IMG/VR virus record: IMGVR_UViG_3300030090_007212
Location: 64,001 to 128,000 of that record
Direction: 5' to 3' (one strand)
DNA length: 64,000 nucleotides
Source of the DNA: a virus
The position numbers and the translations under genes are program-made. Shown here in pieces: positions 56,354 to 64,000 of this stretch. The notes below the pieces were generated by a model. That model worked only from the letters and a program-made list of their open reading frames with translations, made no database searches and was not told the DNA's origin. How positions within the stretch are numbered: position 1 is the stretch's first letter; each line of letters begins with the position of its first letter.

Positions 56354-59300
56354 TTACACACCAGCGTAAATGATATAATTTAATACAATGTACGGTTGTA
56401 AATTATTGTGTGGTGAACCATTACTATTAGAAGAAGCCGCACCAACATCCATAGTATGGGTATGTTCCCCATCAGGATTTAATTTACCATTATTCATAGC
56501 CCAATTAGAATCTTTTTCATCTACATCACCATTAGGGTAATATTGGTGACCACCTGTAAATACGCTGTTCTTATATCCCGCATCTAACCCACCTAAATTT
56601 CTTTGTGCATTTAATCGTTTAGAGTGGTGTAAATTTATTACATTAGTGGCTTGTTCTCTATCATTTGTATTAGTTTGATAAGTGGCTTGACCATCATGTA
56701 CCCAACTAATTTCATGATGATGTTTACTACCACTATCATCATTAATTGTGTGAGTGTGTTCTTTATATGGTACTTCTGTATGACTTAATGTTACCGTTTT
56801 TTCACCACCCATATCACCTAAACTATTAAAATCACTATCACCATTATCTTTACCCACAGGTATTTTACCACTTAATAAGGGTACTCTAAAGTTATTTCCT
56901 CCATCTAATGACGAGTCATCACCTTTATTACCAGGATTGAATGAGGGTTCTACTTGCCCATAAGTAAAACCAATTACATTAAATAAAAGAAAATAGTCAT
57001 TAGGTTCATACGCTGCACCATCACACATTAACCAACCTGGAGGAGGAGTGTCACCAGCAAATTGTATTATACTACCTACAGGTACATTACTACCACCATT
57101 AGAAGAAGGCGTTTGCCAACTCGCCAATCCGTTAGCGTCTGATGTTAAAACTTTGTTATTACCTTGTGACCCATCTACTATTTTAATTTGTCCATTAATA
57201 TGTAAATCTACATCAGGTGAACTTTGATTAATACCTACCTTATCATTTGCAATGTCTATTGTCATTGTTTCTCTACTATCAGAAGGCCAAGATATGGAAT
57301 GACTTTGGAATGTTATTTTAGAATCAGATTGTAAAGATAATATAGCGGTATTGTCCCTATTAGTTGCACCTAATATGTTTATTTTGTTAATACCAGAATT
57401 CATTGCTACTGCGTTATAATCAATATTTTCACCATTATTGGTAAAATATGTAGTTAACTCTATCGCAATTTCTCCTTCTGGTTTTTCTGTAGTATTTGCC
57501 GCCCTAGTTTGCCAACTTGATGAACTATTCGCACCACCGCTCTGGGGTCTATGTTGAAGGATAACATTATTTGTTTTATTACCAACACCGGAAACACCAC
57601 CAAATGAAAATATACTATCATTACTAGTCATAGTTAAAACATCATTTCTATTAGTTTCTTTTAAGTGAGTAGTACCTTCCACAGATAATGAATGAGCACC
57701 TAATGGTCCAATACCACCTATACCAACTTGACCATTTTGTGCAGATAACGCCATAGTGCCGGGACTATTTATTAAATTAATAGCACCATTTGATTCTGTA
57801 TTCCAAATATAGAAATCCTCAGTTTTATCGCTAATAAAACCAACTTTTGCCTTTGTTCCTGCAGAGTCAGTATAATCAATAAAATTACCACCTGCATTAG
57901 CTATAGTTTCTAATGTTAGAATTGCATTATTATCTTTTACATGTAATTTACTTTGTGGGGTATCTTTACCAATCCCCACATTACCTGTTGGTTCGGAATA
58001 CATATCATTACCAGAAATTTTCCAATCCGCATCCGAACTATTACCTCCACCTGCCAATGAAGATAAATCGACATTATAATCTGTACCGGTGTTTAACCCT
58101 AATTGTAATATATTTCCCGCTAAGCTCGCACTGGCAAGATAAGTATCTGCACCCCCACCTGCCAATGATGATAAATCAATAGTTTGTTGTGGTGCTTCTC
58201 CACAACCATCTGGTGTGGAATGAACCAAAGTTAAAATGTTTGTGGCATCATCAAAAAGTAAATTAGAAACGTAATTATCTCTTATCAATTGACTAACATC
58301 GATGTCTATTTCACTCGCATCTGACATTATTAATTTTAAAATTTTAGTATTACACCTACCATTAGGGGTACCATCTAATAATCCTCCACTAACCAAATAT
58401 TTATCCTCACCTAAATCTACATTTTGTAACAAGGTAGATAAATCTTCCCACGATGCTAATCCACTCGCATCCGAAGTTAATACTTTTTCAACCCCTTCAC
58501 TCCCATCTACAATTTTAACTTGACCATCTACATGTAACTTACTATCTGGGGTTGAAGTTCCAATACCTACATTACCAATTGATCTATAAATGTTGTTTCC
58601 ACTAGGTTTAGGTGACCATAAATTAGTATCATCTAATAAATCTGAAAGATCTATTGATGAAACTGATGATCCATCACTTAATAATAAATCTAAATTAGTG
58701 CCATTTAATTGCCCCGAACTTACATATGTATTAGTATCGGCAACCATACCTCCTACTAACTCACTTAAATTTACTGTATTGCCGTTTGAAATAGTTAAAT
58801 CATAAGTACTCCCATTCCAAGTTAATTGTTGAAAATCTAAATCTCTATGGGTAATAGTAGATACTACTCTACCTTCACTATCAAGTAAGGATATTTCTGC
58901 TGTCTTACTATTATAAGATAATGTATAAGAATTATCTCGTATATCTTCCCATGTGGCTAAACCATCTGCGTCTGATGTTAAAACTTTATTGTTACCTTGT
59001 GTCCCATCTACTATTTTAATTTGTCCATTAAGTTGTGCGTAATTTTTTTCTCTATCGTTAGAATCTTTCCAAAGTAAAAATACTCTATCCCAATCAATAT
59101 CATCCCCTTCTACAAAACCGTCTTTTTGGTTACTAATATTAAACACATATCGTCCTCCACCATTTCCATAAAACGCCAATAACCCTGCATGTGCCTGATT
59201 ACTAGTAGGGTTATGTGAAAAAGGATAAGTAGTGTGACCAGACAATTCTAAATTCCCCTCAAAACTACCAGGTTCTTTAACTGCATTAAAAAGTAAACCA

Positions 59301-59509
59301 TGTGACCCCGACCAACTGTCTTGCACTAATTCAAAATACGTATTCCATGCCCCATCAGCAGCATTAAACGATAAAACATCATCCTGTTTAGATTTACGAG
59401 CACCTTTACCAAAATGTGCGCCGCCATATACTAGTAAGGTAGATTCTCCCGCATCATAAGTTCCCACACTTACTTTATTATTTACATTTAAGTTACCTAT
59501 TAGTTTCAT
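56354..59509 (-). CDS. Tail fibre protein with a C-terminal tail-collar domain
   Basis: 1051 aa; 'GNVGIGT..P..KLHV' units, three 'GQ.KIVDG..G..KVLTSDA.GLA.W' repeats, collar 'PVGSIIQFAG...GWLMCDG', ending 'HNNLQPYIVLNYII'. Confidence 0.88.
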   Translation of the reverse strand: MKLIGNLNVNNKVSVGTYDAGESTLLVYGGAHFGKGARKSKQDDVLSFNAADGAWNTYFELVQDSWSGSHGLLFNAVKEPGSFEGNLELSGHTTYPFSHNPTSNQAHAGLLAFYGNGGGRYVFNISNQKDGFVEGDDIDWDRVFLLWKDSNDREKNYAQLNGQIKIVDGTQGNNKVLTSDADGLATWEDIRDNSYTLSYNSKTAEISLLDSEGRVVSTITHRDLDFQQLTWNGSTYDLTISNGNTVNLSELVGGMVADTNTYVSSGQLNGTNLDLLLSDGSSVSSIDLSDLLDDTNLWSPKPSGNNIYRSIGNVGIGTSTPDSKLHVDGQVKIVDGSEGVEKVLTSDASGLASWEDLSTLLQNVDLGEDKYLVSGGLLDGTPNGRCNTKILKLIMSDASEIDIDVSQLIRDNYVSNLLFDDATNILTLVHSTPDGCGEAPQQTIDLSSLAGGGADTYLASASLAGNILQLGLNTGTDYNVDLSSLAGGGNSSDADWKISGNDMYSEPTGNVGIGKDTPQSKLHVKDNNAILTLETIANAGGNFIDYTDSAGTKAKVGFISDKTEDFYIWNTESNGAINLINSPGTMALSAQNGQVGIGGIGPLGAHSLSVEGTTHLKETNRNDVLTMTSNDSIFSFGGVSGVGNKTNNVILQHRPQSGGANSSSSWQTRAANTTEKPEGEIAIELTTYFTNNGENIDYNAVAMNSGINKINILGATNRDNTAILSLQSDSKITFQSHSISWPSDSRETMTIDIANDKVGINQSSPDVDLHINGQIKIVDGSQGNNKVLTSDANGLASWQTPSSNGGSNVPVGSIIQFAGDTPPPGWLMCDGAAYEPNDYFLLFNVIGFTYGQVEPSFNPGNKGDDSSLDGGNNFRVPLLSGKIPVGKDNGDSDFNSLGDMGGEKTVTLSHTEVPYKEHTHTINDDSGSKHHHEISWVHDGQATYQTNTNDREQATNVINLHHSKRLNAQRNLGGLDAGYKNSVFTGGHQYYPNGDVDEKDSNWAMNNGKLNPDGEHTHTMDVGAASSNSNGSPHNNLQPYIVLNYIIYAGV

Positions 59510-59532
59510 TGTGTTTTATTTATAAATATATG

Positions 59533-62500
59533 TTAAGTTGTTGTTATACTCCAATTATATGTAGAGTTAGTTAAAATATTAATTGCCCCTAATCCATCAT
59601 ACCCACCAGAAGTATTATCTGGGGCATCATTATTACCATTAATAATTAAAGTAATATTATTCCATCTAGGGGAATTATTAATTGTAATTGTTTTTAAATC
59701 ATCTAATATATGATTAACTTCTGAGGCGCTCATATTATTATCTTCCAAATGTATAGTACTATATTTAGGTGGAGATGATGTTTCATGATTAAGTGTTGCC
59801 CCAGCTAATGGTGAAAAATCTATATACCCTAAATTACAATTATTCAGTTGGAAAGCGTGATTAGAAATTACTGAACTTGAATCCAAAAATATTTGGGTTG
59901 AGGTAGGAAATATTATATTAGTTAAATTAGGATTATGTTCTAATCTTATTTTAAACCTTAAATTAATAAGTCCTGAAATATCGTGAGTACCTGTTAAATC
60001 ATTATGATTTAAAGAATAATTATTTATTCTCCTACTAAAATTTCCATGAAGAACTTCTGTTAGTGAATTATTATACATTATATTAAAACCTTGATCCATT
60101 GTATATGAACCACTTACTACAGAACTTTCCCATTTTGTGCCGTTAAAGTCTGTAGGTTCTGGACAACCAACATCTAACATAGTTAAATCTAATTCTTTTA
60201 CTCCAGTATAACTACATTCATATTTACGAATATAGGTTGGGCTAGCACTATGAGTTACACTAGTTAAATTAATATTACCACTAATGTTTAAATAGCCCCA
60301 AAAATATTGATTGGTATGTGCATTTCCCACACCAATAGAATAATTAGATAAATCTAAATGTGGTTTTATATCACAATTACCTACATTAAAATTATAGATT
60401 AGATTAGTGGTCGGGGGATGAGAAATGGTTGTTAAGTTAGGATTATGACTCACATCAAATATTCCACCCGCGTTAGTAAAAGTTGCACCTAAAGGGTCAC
60501 CTATCCCTAAAGAATCTAACATAGAAATATCTAATATATCCTGTAAATCACAATAACTTAAATTTATTCTTTCTATATCTTCTACCGAAGATGTAAATGA
60601 AACCGATTTTAATTTAGTATTGTGGTTAGCAATTAAATATTTTAATCCACCGCAAGGTGTTAAATCTAAGTTTGGTTGTATATCAGCAGCATCTGCCGTG
60701 ATATACATAGGATTAGTAGAAGTGGGTAGTGTTAAACCAGATAATTGAGTATTATATCTTACATCTAAACTTGTTAATCCACTAATATGTGATACGTCTA
60801 ATGTCCCCCAAGATTTTAAAGGTGTAGTAGGGGTATTATGTCCTGTTTTATAATGTGCAACAATAGTTAAAGGATATTTATGATTATCTTGTATGGTAAT
60901 TCCTGAAAGATTTACATTATGACTTACATTTAAATAAGTCATTCCGGACATCATAGACACATCTAGGTTATTTTGTAAGTTACATTTAGCCGCATTGATG
61001 GATATAGGGCGGTTATTACTTGGGAATTTAATATTCTGTAAGTTACCATAAAAATTAGTAAACCCACTATAATTGTGACTTACATTAAAATCACCACCTA
61101 ATCCTTTTAACATACTAACATCTAATTCACCTTCTAGCGCACAATAATAGGCATGGTATTTATTAAAATTTTTATCACTTTCTCCATGAGTAATTTTTCT
61201 TAAACCAATTTTTCTATAGTTTGGCCAAGGAGGTATATTATCATAGTAATCTCCTTTATTATATTCTACCCTAAAATCTCCACCTAGAGAAGTTAAACCA
61301 GTTAAAACAAGTTCATCAGATAAAGAAGACTGATACCCATGAAAATGAGTAAATAATTCTGAAGTATTAGTAAATGTTAAACCTGTAAGGTTGTAGCATC
61401 TCCACGCATACAATTGTCCCCCCAATTTAGGAAAATGAGACATATCGTGATTACCCTCAATCGCAGTATTAGAAATATTATAATAAGTTAATGGGAATGT
61501 AGAAGTGCATGCAGTATGAGTTAATTTTTTTAATTTACCAGAACTAGCAGCAGTGAAATAACCACATAAATTAGGTATCATCGTCATATCATGTTCTACT
61601 AACTCATCACAACTATTAATCCAATAATTTCTTAAATATAAATTTGTATAAGTATGGGTAATACCTGTTAAATATTTACATGCATTTGCTTGAAATGATC
61701 CATCATATGCCCCACTAAATAATTTATGTTCCGGTGTACCTAATCTTAACATACTTAAATCTAAAGACCTAACCCCTGTGTTCCCACACCAGTATGTATT
61801 AATATTACTAGTGTTTGGGGAGTGAGTTATACCAGTTAATTCATAACTATATTTTATAGGCCACCCTTTACCCCCTTGATTTCTTACATCAAACATACCT
61901 GTATGATTTCCATATAATGGAGAAGGAGTATAGTCATCTTCTACTGGATTACCAATATCAATACCTGAAAGATCTAAATTCCCTTTTAAATTACAATTAG
62001 GTAATAATACTATATTAAATCTATTATGGGAATTGGGAAATTTAATATTTTTTAAATAAGGATGGTTAGACATATCAAAGTAACCACCTAAACCAGATAA
62101 CATAGATACATCATGAACACCAGTAATACCGGAATACCCATAACCTTCAGGAATAGGATGTTCCCAATTAGTGGTGGAATATAACCCTGCCGATATGGAG
62201 TAAATATAAAATTTTTCATCTGAAGAACCGTGTTTAACCTTATTCAAAAAAGGATTATTAAATAATCTAAACCAACCCTGAGTAGTGTCCGTATATCCTG
62301 AACCACCCCCTAATTTAACCCCTGTTAAATCTAGTTCACCTTTTAAACCTGTACCCCCCTTATCCCAATTATTTTCTATGTTTTTGATAGGGTGGGTACC
62401 TATCTGAACATTACTTAATGTTCTATCATTTCTATAAGAAGACGTAAAAGTAATACCAGTTAAAAATTCTGTTCCCCCATCATATAATTCTAAACTTTCT

Positions 62501-62913
62501 AATCCAGAAAATTTACTTAAATCTAAATGACCATAAGGATTTTGCCACCTCATGTTAATAAATTTTATATCATTTAATCTATTAGTCCTAATAGTAATAT
62601 TGGTTGGTTCATTAATGGCAGGATAATAAGTAGGGGTTTCCATTGTTATACCCCATTTTAAATTACCACAATAACCACCAGTGGGGTTAGCGTATCGAGG
62701 ATCACTATTATTAAATGTATTAACTATTCCATAATCCCATGATATTCTTTTTTTTGGGTTTCCCCCATATGTACCTGGTTGACTAGGTAATTTCATATTA
62801 CCCCCCTCAAATGCAATAACACCTGTCCATGTTTTTCCTGTCCATGTCAGTACTTTAAAAGACCAAGTTTCACCAACTTTATTATGTGATCTAAAAACGC
62901 CTACTCTACTCAT
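59533..62913 (-). CDS. Leucine-rich-repeat-like solenoid protein, possible adhesin
   Basis: 1126 aa; recurring 'L...LD(L/V)S.L..LGG.F.V..N..L..I..P' units; located between two fibre genes. Confidence 0.72.
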   Translation of the reverse strand: MSRVGVFRSHNKVGETWSFKVLTWTGKTWTGVIAFEGGNMKLPSQPGTYGGNPKKRISWDYGIVNTFNNSDPRYANPTGGYCGNLKWGITMETPTYYPAINEPTNITIRTNRLNDIKFINMRWQNPYGHLDLSKFSGLESLELYDGGTEFLTGITFTSSYRNDRTLSNVQIGTHPIKNIENNWDKGGTGLKGELDLTGVKLGGGSGYTDTTQGWFRLFNNPFLNKVKHGSSDEKFYIYSISAGLYSTTNWEHPIPEGYGYSGITGVHDVSMLSGLGGYFDMSNHPYLKNIKFPNSHNRFNIVLLPNCNLKGNLDLSGIDIGNPVEDDYTPSPLYGNHTGMFDVRNQGGKGWPIKYSYELTGITHSPNTSNINTYWCGNTGVRSLDLSMLRLGTPEHKLFSGAYDGSFQANACKYLTGITHTYTNLYLRNYWINSCDELVEHDMTMIPNLCGYFTAASSGKLKKLTHTACTSTFPLTYYNISNTAIEGNHDMSHFPKLGGQLYAWRCYNLTGLTFTNTSELFTHFHGYQSSLSDELVLTGLTSLGGDFRVEYNKGDYYDNIPPWPNYRKIGLRKITHGESDKNFNKYHAYYCALEGELDVSMLKGLGGDFNVSHNYSGFTNFYGNLQNIKFPSNNRPISINAAKCNLQNNLDVSMMSGMTYLNVSHNVNLSGITIQDNHKYPLTIVAHYKTGHNTPTTPLKSWGTLDVSHISGLTSLDVRYNTQLSGLTLPTSTNPMYITADAADIQPNLDLTPCGGLKYLIANHNTKLKSVSFTSSVEDIERINLSYCDLQDILDISMLDSLGIGDPLGATFTNAGGIFDVSHNPNLTTISHPPTTNLIYNFNVGNCDIKPHLDLSNYSIGVGNAHTNQYFWGYLNISGNINLTSVTHSASPTYIRKYECSYTGVKELDLTMLDVGCPEPTDFNGTKWESSVVSGSYTMDQGFNIMYNNSLTEVLHGNFSRRINNYSLNHNDLTGTHDISGLINLRFKIRLEHNPNLTNIIFPTSTQIFLDSSSVISNHAFQLNNCNLGYIDFSPLAGATLNHETSSPPKYSTIHLEDNNMSASEVNHILDDLKTITINNSPRWNNITLIINGNNDAPDNTSGGYDGLGAINILTNSTYNWSITTT

Positions 62914-62923
62914 AATCGTTGGT

Positions 62924-64000
62924 TTATGTATAATCGTTACCTACTGTCCAATAAAGATTTTTTCCATTATATGTAAAAGATATTATATCTATAGCATTAG
63001 GGTTAGTGGTTAATACTAATTCTCCTCCGCCACCATTTACTACTTTGTGTGACCCTGCATTTCCATTAACTGTCCCTAAAGTTAATGTACGACTTCCGAT
63101 ATTATCTTGAGTTATTATCATAGTACCGTATTGTCCACTTTTTAATCCTTCTAAATTAAGAATTGCATCATCATCTAAAGTTACCTCAAATTGGGTACTA
63201 ATACTGGTATCCCATTCAATAACTCCCACAGCATTAACGGTAGTTGCACAATATTTATCTGCCTCTGCACTTATAGTTACATCTACACTATCATTTGTTT
63301 GATTATCTTCTATATGTAAAGAGATATTTGGTCCTTCAATTAAATTTAAATTATGACGAACCTCAGTATTAATGGTTATTCCATTATTAGTTATACCGGT
63401 AAATCCATCTGTACCACCTCCTACTATAGTAGATTGAGTTGATCCGGTACTATTACCATTACTTAAGCCGCCTGTAATTATTACGGTATATGTACCACTT
63501 ACCGAAACAGTAACATAAATTTCGTTATTATTATACTTATCTACTAAATGTGGGATAATTAATTCATTTGTTCCATTATCTTTGACTTGAACCATTACAT
63601 CCTCATCATTAAGATTATGGGTTATTAATTTAGGTGTATTTCCTATAAAAGTATCAGTTATTACTTTTTTACCGATACCACTTCCACCACCACCATCTAT
63701 ATTAAGGATATTATGATTAAGTTGTTTAATACCTTCAATCATAAAAGGAATTAAATCTTCATAATTCATTTTATCTACATGTTCAGGTTGTGAATTTGTA
63801 CCAAACATAAATTTACGTTTAGTTCTTCTCACCATAGATTTCGCTGTATCATTAACTTGTTGTTGTTTTAATGAATGGGTTTGTCCTGCGCTAATTAAAT
63901 TATCCCTAAAATCATCTACTTTAAATCCATAATGGAATTTAGTAGGATCACCAATTCTACTTTCTGGTCTCCATTGGAATTGGTAACCTTTTACGTTATT
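62924..64000 (-). CDS. Tail fibre protein (5' part outside the window) with an internal S74-like chaperone domain
   Basis: The frame is open to the window end (NNVKGYQFQWRPE...HYGFK...NYEDLIPFMIEGIKQL); C-terminal fibre domain 'IITQDNIGSRTL...LTTNPNAIDIISF.YNG'. Confidence 0.78.
   Translation of the reverse strand, partial: NNVKGYQFQWRPESRIGDPTKFHYGFKVDDFRDNLISAGQTHSLKQQQVNDTAKSMVRRTKRKFMFGTNSQPEHVDKMNYEDLIPFMIEGIKQLNHNILNIDGGGGSGIGKKVITDTFIGNTPKLITHNLNDEDVMVQVKDNGTNELIIPHLVDKYNNNEIYVTVSVSGTYTVIITGGLSNGNSTGSTQSTIVGGGTDGFTGITNNGITINTEVRHNLNLIEGPNISLHIEDNQTNDSVDVTISAEADKYCATTVNAVGVIEWDTSISTQFEVTLDDDAILNLEGLKSGQYGTMIITQDNIGSRTLTLGTVNGNAGSHKVVNGGGGELVLTTNPNAIDIISFTYNGKNLYWTVGNDYT

Noticed and set aside
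1793-58805. Numerous short ORFs in the track lying antisense to or nested in long genes (e.g. 5667-5975, 13435-13821, 18611-19036, 23997-24320, 39568-39847, 40404-40885)
   Set aside because: They are shadows of codon bias and repeats in the real genes, with low-complexity S/F/L/K-rich translations and no initiation signals.
1-64000. Stop-codon reassignment (e.g. TAG to Gln) as seen in some large Bacteroidota phages
   Set aside because: Core genes are full length under the standard code, and TAG, TGA and TAA all end genes at plausible positions. Reading through the TAG at 41770 in frame 0 meets further stops and gives non-protein-like sequence.

Overview
This 64 kb window is from a large, AT-rich, T4-like contractile-tailed (myovirus) phage genome, almost entirely coded on the minus strand. 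Two promoters match the Bacteroidota TAnnTTTG -7 consensus and Shine-Dalgarno sequences are generally absent, which points to a Bacteroidota host (inference). Virion genes (baseplate wedge, gp25-like, hub, tape measure, tail tube, sheath, neck and fibre genes) are interleaved with replication genes (class II RNR, DnaB-like helicase, 5'-3' exonuclease, RecA-like, gp32-like SSB, SNF2 helicase, family B polymerase). No capsid, portal, terminase, tRNA, CRISPR array or mobile element was seen. Main observations: (1) about ten otherwise unrelated ORFs share a short N-terminal leader ending in L-x-E(Q), like T4 head-packaged proteins cut by the prohead protease, and carry variable cargo; (2) one cargo has the motif set of OspF/SpvC phosphothreonine lyases, another has a pre-toxin-TG-like segment, and two share a ~150 aa module with swapped C-termini, which together suggest a polymorphic, virion-delivered effector system; (3) a canonical -1 slippery site (A AAT TTT, 41776-41782) would extend a neck-linked fibre protein to ~1400 aa; (4) a strand-specific TATTTATA element, the reverse complement of the T4 late promoter, precedes many genes and becomes palindromic between divergent genes. 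All family assignments come from motif recognition by eye; no database searches were run.
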